From Torpedo marmorata (taxonomy: Eukaryota): 64,000 nt of DNA. Location of the stretch: positions 34,968,001 through 35,032,000 of the forward strand of contig OZ360253.1 in NCBI GenBank assembly GCA_977017645.1, written 5' to 3'. Under the pieces are notes generated by a model. The model was not told the DNA's origin, made no database searches, and worked only from the letters and a program-made list of their open reading frames with translations. Shown here piece by piece: positions 12,999 through 25,651 of the stretch. Positions within the stretch are counted from its first letter, which is position 1. Every line of letters begins with the position of its first letter. Made by a program: the position numbers and the translations under genes.

Positions 12999-13987
12999 CA
13001 TCAGTGGAGTTCTGCAGGGATTTGCTCTGGGACCCCTGCTCTTTGTGATTTTTATAAATGACCTAGATGAAGAAGCGGAAGGATGTGTAAGTTTGCAGAT
13101 GATACGAAGGTTGCAGGAGTTGTGGATAGTGCTGAAGGTTGTCGTAGGTTACTAAAGGATATAGACAGGATGCAGAGTTGGGCGGAAAAGTGGCAGATGG
13201 AGTTCAATCTGGTTAAGTGTGAGGTGATGCATTTTGGAAGGACAAACCAGAAGGCTGAGTGCAGGGTTAATGGTCAGATACTTAACAGTGTGGAGGAACA
13301 GAGGGACCTTGGGGTCCAAATCCATACATCTCTCAAGGTTGCTGCACAGGTTCATAGGACAGTTAAGAAGGCCTATGGGATGTTGGACTTCATTAATAGG
13401 GGGATTGAGTTTAAGACTCGAGAGGTCATGTTGCAGCTCTATAAATCTCTGGTGAGACCACACTTAGAGTATTGTGTTCAGTTCTGGTCACCTCATTATA
13501 GGAAGGATGTGGAAGCTATGAAGAGGGGGCAGAGGAGATTTACCAGGATGTTGCCTGGATTGGAAAATAAGTCTTATGAGGCAAGGTTAGCAGAGCTGGG
13601 ACTTTTCTCTTTAGAGCGAAGGATGAGAGGAGACTCTGATTCTGAGAGGCAGAGATAGGGTGGACAGCCAGTGCCTGTTTCCCAGGGCAGGAATAGCAAA
13701 CACCAGGGAACATCTGTACAAACTGAAGGGAGGAAAGTTTAGGGGAGACATCAGGGGTAAGTTTTTTTACACAGAGTTTTGGGTGCCTGGAATGCCTTGC
13801 CAGGGGTGGTGGTGGAGGCTGGAACATTAGGGGCATTTAAGAGACTCTTAGACAGGTACATGGATGAAAGAAAATAGAGGGTTACAAGGTAGGAAGGGTT
13901 TAGTACTTTTTTTTGGTAGGAATATGTAGGTTGGGACAACATCGAGGGCCGAAGGGCCTGTACTGTGCTGTAATGTTCTATGTTCTC
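12999..13987 (+). mobile_element. CR1 LINE 3' fragment nested in an older Penelope-type fold-back element
   Basis: KFADDTKVAG...LVRPHLEYCVQFWSP; tail tgtaatgttctatgttct; flanked by aggtc(c)atc on both sides. Confidence 0.9.
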
Positions 13988-14669
13988 AGGTCATCGTCCT
14001 GAAACTTCAACTCTCCTTTTTTCTCTCTGCAGATGCTGCCTGACCTGAATATTTCCACCATTCTGTTTTTATTTCAGGTTTCCAGCACCCGCAGCTTTTC
14101 AATGACAGGGTAGGAACTAAACAGGAAAACCTCCAGGTGTCGTGGTGCGATGCAGTCTACCCAGCATGAGCTGAGTTCCACACACACACACAAGCAATTG
14201 CAGATGGGAGATCAGCACTGAGGACAGGAAGTCCCCGCTCAACCTTTCTCCCTCTCCAGTGCTACCAACCTGAGCACCTGTACCAGACCCAGGACAGAGG
14301 TAGAGGGTAGGTTTGGGGAAGAAACTGGAGGTCCCATTGCCTCTTAGCGGGCAGATCAACCACAGGCCACATCATTTTTAAGGAAGTCACTGGGCAAAGC
14401 CTCGTCTGAGAGACAAAAATCAAATTGAATAGAACCAAGATTGCTTGTGAAAATCAGCCACTGCTTCTTTTAAAACTTGGAATTTGCAGAAAACATTAGG
14501 AGTTCCTCTGCATCAGGCTGCTGAATCGTGGATCCCACAATTAGATAGCAGCATAACGGACTGTGCCAGACCCATGTCCGGGAAAAGTAAAAATTGTGTA
14601 AAGGTTGTGGTTAATCGATTTCAGCCCAGTTATCAGACTTTCAACTGAGTTCAATAATCTGTTTCGTAC

Positions 14670-14780
14670 CTTGCCCTGCGTGGTCGTGCAATTGAAGCCC
14701 AGGTTCCTGGCCTCAAGCCCACAGTCAAAGCCTTTCCGATGAAGGATCAGCGCAGCCTCTAATCCAGGGGCTGAAGCCAC
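14670..14780 (-). CDS. MAN2A2: MAN2A2 exon 21
   Basis: [37 protein letters not shown], 111 nt. Confidence 0.96.
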
Positions 14781-14907
14781 CTGCAGCAAGAAAGTGTGAG
14801 AGAGACAAAAGGAAGAGAGAGAGATACAAGGGGTGAGAGAGCGAGACAAGGGGTGCGAGAGAGAGAAGGGATGAGAGACATACACACAGGATGCGAGAGA
14901 GATCGAG

Positions 14908-15130
14908 ATCAGAATAACAATTTATTGTCATGAACAGGTCACGAAATTCGTTGTTTTGCGGCAGCATCACAGTGCAAACATTTATATAAACCACCTTACA
15001 ATATAAATAAAAATAGTGCAAGAAAAAGACAAAGTAAGGTAGTGTCTATGGTTCATTGATCATTCAGGAATCTGATGGCAGTGGGGAAGAAGCTGTCCTT
15101 GTGCTGCTGAGTGCTCGTCTTCAGGCTCCT
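14908..15130 (-). mobile_element. Rex1/Babar 3' tail within a GA/CA low-complexity tract
   Basis: RSLKTSTQQHKDSFFPTAIRFLN; tail catgacaataaattgttattctga. Confidence 0.8.
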
Positions 15131-15766
15131 GTGTGTGTGTGTGAGAGAGAGAGAGAGAAGAAAGAGAGGGGAGAGAGAGAGAGAGATACAGAGCATGCAA
15201 GAGAGAAAGCCACACTCGCATGGAGGTGAGACACACACACACAGATTTTGTGAATCAGAGAAAGACAGAGGTGTGGTGAGAGAGAGAGAGTGGTATCCAC
15301 GTTGGATTGCATGGCGTTAGTGCAGAGGACATTGATTCACTGTTAAAATTCCATACCACGTTCAGCTGGGGCGCAGGGGCTGGGAGATCAAAAGCAGTGT
15401 CCATACTCAAATTACAGTGAGCAGTAATGCTTCCCACGTGCGTCCCGTTGGACACTGTTCAATCCCACAGCCAATGTATTGCCAGCACTAAGGTGTGATG
15501 ACCCAGCTTTCTTCAACTGCTGCTGTCCACATAGCAAGGACTGCCTCAATGCTGCTTTGACCCAACTCTCCTGTGCAGAGTGGAAAGCTCTGCCCAGCTT
15601 TGTCGGACCATTTGCAGGAGGGCAAAGCTTGAAGAACCAAGGGATCCCAGTGAGAGACTCGGTGAATTACGTGGCTCCAGGGCCACCAACCTGTCACATT
15701 GGGGCAAGGAGGTACTCCGGCGCGGAGTGGCCAGTGACCAGCCCGGCTCCCCATCACATTCCTCAC

Positions 15767-15961
15767 CTCAGACTGCAGAGTTCTGACATTCAGCACGTGG
15801 AAGTCACATGGTACAGCGGTGGAAAGCGGGCACCAGGTTCGGATGGGGGGAATCTTTTGTGGCCGGGGTACCACAGGCATTGCCAGGACCTCATGGTTCA
15901 TCAGCATCGAGGTCATGTGACTGAGCAGAGAGGGGAAGCTCACCGGTCTGCTGTCCTGTAC
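15767..15961 (-). CDS. MAN2A2: MAN2A2 exon 20
   Basis: VQDSRPVSFPSLLSHMTSM...PCDFHVLNVRTLQSE, 195 nt. Confidence 0.96.
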
Positions 15962-16168
15962 CTGCGGGGACATGGATCAACATCTGGAGTGAGACCAGTA
16001 GCCTGCAGTGGACCCAGCTAATCCTGGGGGTGGGGGGAGTTGAAGAGGAGGTGAACTCTTCCAAATCCACCAATCCCCAAACTCCACCCTGGTCTCCCAC
16101 AAGCCCTGATGGATTAATTTAACCATCCCCAGAATATCAATACTGCACCGTCTCAGCCCTGGGACTTA

Positions 16169-16575
16169 AAGGAGTGAAACACGATAGGCTGCAGACGCTG
16201 TGATTGCAGTAAAAACACCAAAATGCTGGAGGAACTCAGCTGGTCTATTCAGCATCTATAGGACAAAGATATATTGCCGCCGTTTTGGGCCTGAGCCCTT
16301 CTTCAAGGAAAAATCAGAAAAGACAGAAGCAGGTTATATCAGAAAGTCTCAGAATTCAAACAATGGGGGAGGAATCCAGACCAACAAAAGGTGTTAATTG
16401 GATGTGATAAGGGACTAGGTAGAATTTATCATGTCTGTGCGAAAGGAGACAGGGAATGGAGAAGCAGGGGGTGGGGGGTTTAACGAAAGCCAGAGAAGTC
16501 GATATTAATGCCATCTGATTGGAGGGTGCTCAGTCAGAAGATGAGGTGTTGTTCCTCCGATTTACGGGTGGTTTG
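16169..16575 (-). mobile_element. Penelope-like 3' fragment
   Basis: KSEEQHLIF...DGINIDF-like end plus the family tail. Confidence 0.8.
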
Positions 16576-17161
16576 TTTCCCAGGAGAGCATCCAAACATA
16601 ATCCACATTCCCTGCTCGACCTGCTGAATCAAGTCTTCATCAATTCTCATATCTGCAAACTACTGATTTGAGTGAGGCTGGAGCTTGTTTCAGATTTATC
16701 TACCGGTGAGAGGCCTGCCCCAATATCTGCACTCTCCAAACCCATCAGATTCAACCAGGATGGGAGAGCCAGAGATCAGCTCCACTGATATGGCTTGGGG
16801 AGTTACAAACAACGCATTGAGCTGGACGAACTCAGTTGCAGTTCATGACTGCAGCACCTCCTCACTTCCTCAGTAAATTGGTATTCTTAAACTGGCACTG
16901 TGAACAAGGGTCACAGTCAACCCATCCTAATCAGAATTTCACAACAGGAAACAGCAGGGGTCAGCAGTGAGGTACTGGAACACTGACTATCTCGCCCACC
17001 AACGTGGGGGAAAAGGTGAAATGCTAAGCAGCGACTGGGACATGTACACAGACAGGCAGCTACAGGCTACACTGCACAGGCAGCTACAACTGACGGCACT
17101 GAGGAGGTCAAAGTTAACTAGCAAACTATACTTTGACCTAGGCTGCTTGCTAAAAGGTTAC

Positions 17162-17242
17162 CTGATACGTGCTGCTCCGGGAAAAGACGGAGGCTGCCAG
17201 CGCCTGAAACATGGAGTACAGCCTTGACAGTAAGTCAATGTG
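17162..17242 (-). CDS. MAN2A2: MAN2A2 putative alternative cassette exon (27 aa, phase 0/0)
   Basis: ttcttttcttcattcccattgctgctcctcag|CAC ATT GAC...TAT CAG|gtaacc encodes HIDLLSRLYSMFQALAASVFSRSSTYQ; 81 nt, no stop, inside phase-0 intron 19. Confidence 0.8.
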
Positions 17243-17540
17243 CTGAGGAGCAGCAATGGGAATGAAGAAAAGAATGAACATGTAGGAAAGCAGTACAGCA
17301 AATGGGCAAATCCTGCCTGTCACACTCCCAACATATTATCCACCAGTCATACCCAAAACCACCAATCTCCTCTCCTCACCCTGCCGGGGGAGCAATCTGC
17401 AACTTCCTTATGAGCTCCCCCAACATGTAGCCTTGCAAATACTCGGACACAAATGCCCAGGCGGTTTATACCCTGGAACATAGTGGTTGGTTTGCATTTG
17501 TGAAACCCAGGTTCCTATCTGAGACACAACAATTGACAAT

Positions 17541-17767
17541 AGAGTGAAACACGGAAGTCTGCAGACGCTGAGATTGTAGTTAAAACCACACAGACGTGCT
17601 GGAGGAACTCAGCGGGTCCGCAGCGTCCATAGGAGGTAAAGATATATTACTGATGTTTCGGGCCTGAACCCAAGAAGGGCTCAGGCCTAAAACGTCAGTG
17701 ATACATCTTTACCTCCTATGGTTGCTGTGAGACCAGTCGAGTTCCTCCAGCGTTTCTGTGTAGTTTT
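17541..17767. mobile_element. Fold-back (inverted) Penelope-tail element
   Basis: Two inverted tails meeting at the hammerhead stem II; imperfect TSD acaattgacaat/acaactgaaaat. Confidence 0.8.
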
Positions 17768-17987
17768 ACAACTGAAAATGTTTGGAGCACAAGAAATTCC
17801 TGCAAATTCCACCCTTTTCTAAGTAATCCCAGTTGCAGACTGGGCAATTCTAATTAATTGTTCCCCAACTGCAGAACTCCTCACTATTTACAGGTGTCTG
17901 CTCTGCACCATTCACTGGTTTCACTGCTTTGACATTTCACATAACGTTTCCTTCAACCCCTGGTATCGTGTAGTACAGGAAGGGCAT

Positions 17988-18650
17988 TTTAGAACATTAC
18001 AGCACAGTACAGGCCCTTCAGCCCTCGATGTTGTGCCGACCTATATATTCCTACAAAAAAAAACTTAAACCCTCCCTACCTCATAACCCTCTATTTTTCT
18101 TCCATCCATGTGTCTGTCTAAGAGACTCTTCAATGCCCCTAATGTTTCAGCCTCCACCACCACCCCTGGCAAGGCATTCCAGGCACCCACAACTGTGTAA
18201 AAAAACTTACCCCTGATGTCTCCCCTAAACTTTCCTCCGTTCACTTTGTACATTTGTCCTCTGGTGTTTGCTATTCCTGCCCTGGGAAAAAGCTGCTGGC
18301 CGTCCACCTTATCTATGCCTCTCAGAATCTTGTAGACCTCTATTAAGTCACCTCTCATCCTTCTTCGCTCCAAAGAGAAAAGTCCCAGCTCTGCTAACCT
18401 TGCCTCATAAGACTTGTTTTCCAATCCAGGCAACATCCTGGTAAATCACCTCTGCACCCTCTCCATAGCTTCCACATACTTCCTATAATGAGGTGACCAG
18501 AACTGAACACAATACTCTAAGTATGGTCTCACCAGAGATTTGTAGAGTTGCAACATGACCTCTCTACTCTCGAACTCTATCCCCCGTCTAATGAAGCCCA
18601 GCAACCCATAGGCCTTCTTAACTATCCTATCAACCTGCGTGGCGACCTTG
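17988..18650 (-). mobile_element. CR1 LINE 3' fragment
   Basis: MLPGLENKSYEARLAELGLFSLERRRMRGDLIEVYKI; same subfamily as 12999-13987. Confidence 0.92.
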
Positions 18651-19547
18651 ACTCCTTATTCACTCTTTTATCAGTGACTGGTCAAGAAGGGAGCAAAATA
18701 AAGTTTGATCATGTAAAATTTCATCTGACACTCCGACTGAAACACAAAGGCTTCTCTCCTGAGCCAGTCCCTCAGGGTAAAGGATGATTTTCTTCCATTT
18801 GAGTTCTGCACGTTCCAAGGTGGATGAAGAATCCTAACGAGGGATCTGCAGACTCTCCCACGGATGATACTTAAAGTACTTAGCATCTCCCCAGATGCTC
18901 CTTCCCTGAGCGTACATGCTCACACACCTGTGTTCAGACTGAACTTTAATTGGCTGACTCACACATTGGCTCATGCGGATGTCATTAAAGCAACGTCATT
19001 AATGGGAGCGGCTGTTTGGCATGAAATGCAAGACAAGAGATACCCTTCAGGCTACGTATTTTTCTAACACATCCACACAACTTACTAAATTCAGAACAAC
19101 AGTGTGAAAAGAAGACAACAGGGAGGAAACAAATTCCAGAAAGTCCACGGCAATCTCCCCAATTTGTTCCTTCCCTCTAATTGCCCATCCCATCCTGTTT
19201 CCTCAAGCCGTATTGGAGTTTTGCAAGATCAGTATTTGTTGTGACCCTCTGATCTCAAGCAGGATTTCAAGTGAAACCTCCCCTGCTCTCAGCCAGTAAG
19301 ATCACTGGACAATGGCAGGTGCATCTCAGCTGATTCTCATTCTCCCAACTACTCAAACATCAAGGCTATCAGCTGCCTCAATACAAACCAGGTATGGAAT
19401 GGACATCTCTGAAATACAAAGGTCAAAGCCAATGTCAAATGGATCGTTAATCCTAACTGAAACTGAGAACCAATGCTTTAATTTCAATCTATCTCCTCTC
19501 CACAGAGGCAATGGCTCATTCACAACAGTTTGCAAAGCATTAGATAC

Positions 19548-19681
19548 TTTGTTTGATGTCACTCTCCTCTCCAGCAAGATACGGAATCTGTTGCAGGTCA
19601 ATTTATTGTCCTTTAGTCCTTGTCCCAGGCCTCGATTATCATCCTGCATCAAGCGACGATCCAGAATAATTTCCAACTGAC
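19548..19681 (-). CDS. MAN2A2: MAN2A2 exon 19
   Basis: [44 protein letters not shown], 134 nt; the donor AAA|GTATCT is weak but phase-consistent. Confidence 0.93.
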
Positions 19682-20526
19682 CTGTAAATGAAAGGGGGAT
19701 ACACATCAGCTCAGGTTTTGGCATTGAAACATCACAGATGTCCTGTTCACCTTCTTTTTAATTTCTTCACAGAAGGGGCTTTAGAAATTTCCCCGACTGC
19801 AGAATGCTGGAATCTAGTTCTATAATCGAGGGTCATTCTTCACTGCTACCTGTACAACCACAACAAAGCCTACGTGGTTAATATGATGAACAAACTTTGT
19901 CAATGGATCACGGAGGTTCTCCATTCCGCACACAAGAACACGACTAAATGGGAATAGGTCACCCGTCCCCCCACTCAATACGATCATGGCTGATCTACCC
20001 GAGACCTCAACTCCTCCTATACGCCAGTTCTTCATAGCCCTGTTCCCCAATTCAAAAATGTATTTATTTACAGTAAATTTAAATATTTCTCATGATCTGG
20101 CCTCCACAACTCTGTATGTAGAGGATGCCAAAATTCACTACCCTCTGCAAGAAGAAATTTACATACACATCAGTTTTAAAAGACTGGCCTCTTCCAACTA
20201 TGTCCCCTTGTTTGAGACACCCTCACCAGTGAAAACATCTCAACATCTACCCTGTTGGTCACTGCAGGATCTTGTATGTTTCAATAAGATCATCCCTCAT
20301 TCTTCTAAATTCCAATGAGTAGAGAGTCAAACTGTTTAACGTCTCTAGATAGGACAACGCTCTCGATCCAGGAATTAGGTCTGACCAATCTCCTTTGGAC
20401 CACTTTCAATGCTAATATATATTTTCTTCATGGGACCTTACCTGCTCAGGAGGAATTCTGACATCAGTTCTTTTTGAAGTGAGTAGCAAGCCAAAGCAAA
20501 ATACAGGAGTACAAAAATTATATTGC

Positions 20527-20674
20527 AACCATATCACTTTCTGAACCTAGAGCACAGGATTTCACAATGCTACCACCAAGCTCTCCCATCCACAGTGACC
20601 AACCATATCACTTTCTGAACCTAGAGCACAGGATTTCACAATGCTACCACCAAGCTCTCCCATCCACAGTGACC
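20527..20674. repeat. Perfect 74-bp tandem duplication in intron 18
   Basis: aaccatatcactttctgaacc...catccacagtgacc occurs twice in tandem. Confidence 0.95.
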
Positions 20675-20806
20675 CTGGCATGCTACTGATCACAGTGAGA
20701 GGGAATGTAAGGGAAGGTCATGATTGCCACCTCTACCACAAACCTATGGCCAGACATACTTTCTTCCCACTCTAATGGTGTCTGGGAGTGTGATAAAGGT
20801 ACTTAC

Positions 20807-20948
20807 CACTATGTAGGCTCGACACGCCCAGAGATTGAGCCGTGTGCACCGTGAGGCGGGAACGGTTGTCCTGAATATAGGCCATGGCTGGCATTGGGTA
20901 GAAGTTGGCTTGAATTGGCAATTTTTGAAAGTATTTCCTCAGTTGAAT
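20807..20948 (-). CDS. MAN2A2: MAN2A2 exon 18
   Basis: [47 protein letters not shown](G), 142 nt. Confidence 0.97.
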
Positions 20949-21278
20949 CTGTATCAAATTAGAGAAATATCCATTCTACTGTGCAAAGTCTTCCTTATTT
21001 GAAACGATAATATCAATTGGGAATTTAAATTTAAAAATCTGGAAATTAGGGTGTTACTGCAATAACCAGGAAAAGACGAAATTGTTATACAACCTAACTA
21101 AATCACTGAATTTAGGGAAGGAATTTGTGGTCCTGATGCAACTCCAGACCTATTGTACTTTGATTGCTCTTAACTGGTCTCTGAAATGCTCTGGTAAGGA
21201 CAACTCAAGATGGGTAATAAATGGAGCATTACTCATGATGGCTGCACTCTGTAAAACAGAGATTGAAGAAAATATTTA

Positions 21279-21872
21279 CAGTAAAAACACTGGTATCCGG
21301 AATTCAAGCAACCAGCAGTCTCAAGCAACCGGCAAAAAAAAAATCGAGGAAAATAAATTAAAATAAATAAGAATAAAATAATAGGTAAAAATAAGCAAGT
21401 TTAAAATTGTAAAAGTAAATGTTCTCTGAAGTAACACATAAACCTTTGGTGAAGATGGGAGCAAATATTCAGCCAGCAGAGTGCCTTGGTTGTGCTTTTC
21501 TCGTAGCAGCTGTTTGAATAAAGTTGTGTGAAACAGCAATGGCGTCACCCAGGATGAAGAGCTGGTTGATGCCGCTCGCCGTTGGGGTGACTCTCTTAAA
21601 GTGTCTCCTTATCCCTGCTTAGTATGAGTCGTCCCGGTCAGAGGCTCTATCTGTAAACTTGGGGGAGAGTGGGGGGGGTTAATTATCTATAATTTTATTG
21701 TTCGTCTTTTGGGCGTCTCCGTGGAGGGGGAGGAACCTGCAGATACTGCGACGGTTAAATGTTTTCAAAGAATGTGACTGAAAATAAAGTAAAATGCTTT
21801 AAGGTTTATATATTCATGCAAGTGGAGTTTGTTCAGTGTAAGTACAGTGCAGGAAAATAGGGATTTTACTGT
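21279..21872. mobile_element. Non-autonomous Tc1/mariner (Tigger-like) element
   Basis: TA-CAGTAAAA...TTTTACTG-TA termini; related copies at about 32698-32913 and 57000-57355. Confidence 0.75.
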
Positions 21873-22756
21873 ATTTACAAAGACTCGCCCTCATGGAAAC
21901 CGATTCAAGCCCCTCCTGTTACCCTCCCACCATCAGACGTTTCCGAAACCACACTGAACCAGCTTCAAGATCTGATCTCTCATGGAATGGAGTCAGGGAT
22001 AGAGATGTGGGATCCATTTAACATCTATAAATTTACCTTGTATAAAATTCTATGTCTGCGTACACTTTCCATCAAAACTAGCTTTCTGTATTTATAATGC
22101 AGGCTGCGATTATTCTGACTTCACTTAACACCAGGAAGGTGTAATAACAGGGCAATAAAAGTTCAATTTGGTTCCATTGTGAGTTTTGAATGAAGAGATG
22201 ATGGGGAAAATTAGGCCAAAATGCAACAAAGAGTGATTATATCTGTGGATCCTGTTCCAAATGTCCTCACCATCAAATATCTATTAATTCATTTCCTTGA
22301 CTGGCTCTGCAGCCCATGACATGTCCAGTGTTTGAAAAATAAATCAATGGATTTATATAGCACCTGTCAACATGGCAATATCTTGGTGTTTTACACAATG
22401 AATTATTATTGAAGGTCAGTGAGGGTTTTGTACACACAGCAATCACACTGCACATTAATGGCCCTAAACTGTAACAGGATGACTAAGCAGCTAATCTATG
22501 TTTGATATTCGTCGCTACCTCAGAGCAGCCACCTGGCCTTCAGATAATGTGACAAAGCTATTCTCATCCACCGGAGGAACAGCAAGAGGCAAATGGGATC
22601 AGTTTCAGACTCTTGCCAAGTGGAGCTGCTCTGGAGAAATAGCTAACATCAAAGCTGGATATTTTTTTGAAACACTTTCTGTTTAATGTTCGACCATCCA
22701 CCACATACAACTTTCCAAGTCAGTGCATGATATGTACTAACTTTCGATGGAGTTAC

Positions 22757-22890
22757 CTGAAACCCATTCAGATCAGTGAAGAACATGTCTCCGCTTTCAA
22801 TACCAGTGGACAGTCGCATTGCCAGCTCCCTGTTGATCTGATCGTGAATGTCAACGACGATGGAAACATCCAACGAAAGTCCTTCAGCTC
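22757..22890 (-). CDS. MAN2A2: MAN2A2 exon 17
   Basis: AEGLSLDVSIVVDIHDQINRELAMRLSTGIESGDMFFTDLNGFQ, 134 nt. Confidence 0.97.
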
Positions 22891-24329
22891 CTGTCAGTAC
22901 AATGGATTGCACCACGTTAGCAATGAGTGGCATTTGACAGAGCCCGTCATAATGACCAGAACCATTCCCTTCAATCTAGCTCCAGTTACAGCAGCCCTAA
23001 ACATTTTCTGCTTAAACCTCCTGGATCCCAGACATTTCTCTGTCCTGTTGGATAGTGCCAAGAGACGAGGAGTATGCATTGGCCACTCAAGCCTACCCTG
23101 CATTCAATATGATCATGGCTGATCTGCCCCACAACCCATTTGCTCTTTTGTGCCAGTCCCCCGGAGCCCTCAATTTTCTAATTTCAAAAAATTATCTACT
23201 TTCTATTTTAAAATATCTGATAATCTACCCTCCACAACCCTGAGGTAGAATATTCGAGAGATTCTCCATCTTCTGCGAGGTTGTTCATGTGAACCTCAGT
23301 TTTAAATGACTGCCTCTAACCACGTGCCTACTAATGAAACGTTAGTGCGATGCTGTTACAGCGCCAGCAACCGCATTCAAATCCTGCGCTGTCTGTAAGG
23401 AGTTTGTACGTTCTCCCTGTGTCTGCGTGGGTCTTCTCTGGGTGCTCCGGTTTCCTCCCACCCTCCAAAACGTATGAGGACGTAGGTTAATTTGGGTGAA
23501 ATTAGGTGGCACGGGTTTAAATGGGCGAAATCGGCTTCTACCGTGCTGTAAATAATTTTTTTTTTAATTAAAAAATTTAAAGAACCATCTCCACATGTCG
23601 TTCCACCTAAAGACGTTTTAGAGTCAGAGATGCACAGCACAAACCTCTCGGCCCAACATGTCCATACTGACCAAATTGTATCAGCGTTGGTCCCATTTGC
23701 CTGCAGTTGGCCCTGATACCTCTAAATCTTTCCTATCCATGTGTCTTTTAAAAGTCTTCATTGTAGCCACCTCTACCATTTTCTCTGGCAGCACGTTGCA
23801 CTTACCCATCACCCTCTGTTTGATACATTGACCCCTCAGAACCCTTTTAAATGTTTCCCCCTCACCTTAAATACATGCCCTGTCGTTTTGGAATTTCCTA
23901 CCCTGGGGAAAAGACCATGACTCTGTATACATCTATGTTAATCCTCAGCCTCCTCTGCTGCAGGGAAAGAAGTTCTGACTGAAGCTTTCCAGTCCCCAGT
24001 AACATCCTTGTGAATCTTTTTATTGCACTTTCCAGTTGGATGACATTCTTCCTATATCTCGGTGACCAGAACTGCACGCAGTACAGGTGTATTCCAAATG
24101 TTGCCTTCGTAATGCATTGTAGAGACCTTATCCAGAATGTTCAGATCACCCCTCATTCTTCTAATCTCCAAAGAATATGAATCTATTTTTTTTAGCAGCT
24201 CATGGAAGGATAGACCTCTCATTCCAGTGATTAGTCTAGTCAATGTCTCAGCGTCTCCTACTCCCATTGCAACTCCATGGAAATTCTGCATCATGAGAAG
24301 GGGCTATAGACAAAGAAAGCTGCTGTTAC

Positions 24330-24444
24330 CTGGCAAATTGTAAAGACGAATTATCTGATGGAAATGCCGATAGAAGCTAATAACCTCGGAGAACAAAGGG
24401 CCTTGTGTAATGCGAGTGATTGGAGTCTGTTTGGAAATATAGGC
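24330..24444 (-). CDS. MAN2A2: MAN2A2 exon 16
   Basis: AYISKQTPITRITQGPLFSEVISFYRHFHQIIRLYNLP(G), 115 nt. Confidence 0.95.
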
Positions 24445-24675
24445 CTGTAACCAGAGACAAAAATGCACAGCCATGACGGAAAAACAAAATTAAACTAGAT
24501 AAAAAGCATCCAAGCGTGAATAATGTTTCAATGTCTCCTCTATAATTTATTCTCAATGAAGGAATTAGTTCAGGGCTGAAGCTTTAATGGCATCTCAAGG
24601 AAAAAGAATGCACTTCTACAGTGACTTTTACTGCCTCAGGTGACTTACAAACACTTAAAAATGTTAAATATTATC

Positions 24676-25253
24676 GCTTCTCTGAGCACATTCGTTCTGT
24701 CCGCATCAGTGACAGGGATCTCCCAGTGGCCAGCCATTTCAATTCTGCGCCCCACTCCCGCGCTGACATGTCTGTCCATGGCCTCATGTACTGTCAAACC
24801 ACGGCCACACGTAAATTGGAGGAGCAACACCTAATTTTCCGTCTGGGCACTCTCCAACTGGATGGCATTAACATCGACTTCTCCAGTTTCTGCTAGCCCA
24901 CTCCCCGTTCTTCCTCCCTTCCCCGTCCCTCTGTCTTCTTTCCTCCAGCTCTCCACCCCCTTCCCTCTCCATTCACAGAGCCATCCCCGTTTGATGGTAT
25001 GCCCTCCCTCCCTCCCTTATCCACCTATTACCTCCTGCCTGTGGGCCTGTGCTCCTCCCCCTGCCCCTCCCCACCATTTTGTTCGGGCGCCTGCCTACAT
25101 TTTTTCATACCTTGATTAAGAGCTCAAGCCTGAAAAGTTGGTTATGTATCTTTATCTTTGCTATATAAAGTACATTGTTTCACCTGCTGAGTTTCTCCAG
25201 CATTGTGTTTTTACTTCAACCACGGTGTCAGCAGACTTTCGTGTTTTACTCCC
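24676..25253 (+). mobile_element. Penelope-like 3' fragment with TSD
   Basis: RFSEHIRSV...KLEEQHLIFRLGTLQLDGINIDF; flanking aaatattatc duplication. Confidence 0.88.
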
Positions 25254-25651
25254 AAATATTATCACTGTTGTAATATGGGGAATGTGCAGAATAAAGAAAG
25301 CGTCCACAGTACACACTTAGCCATCGCTACAAAGTGGTACACTTGGTTCCAGCAGCTTCTCTGTGAATCACATGGCAGATGAAATTTAATGCTGGGATTT
25401 CTGAGTTGTTACATCACAGGAAGATGAGAAGAGCCATTTCTTTAATTTAGAGGGCACAATTCTCAGAGGGGAACAAGAACAGAGAGGTCTGGGGAGACAT
25501 GTGCACAGCATTTTGAAAAGGGGCAGAGCAGGTCATGGAAGTGCTTACATTTAAAAAAAAAATCAGAGATGGGATCCTGGGCTTAGTGCACAGAGGAAGA
25601 GGTTACAAGAGTAAGGGTCAACCTTCACAAAGCATTGGTTTGGCCATAACT

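Noticed and set aside
14541-14669. Alternative C-terminus by read-through of exon 21 ([11 protein letters not shown]...YAAI*)
   Set aside because: Short open read-through is expected by chance and would remove the conserved PMEISTF terminus; there is no other support.
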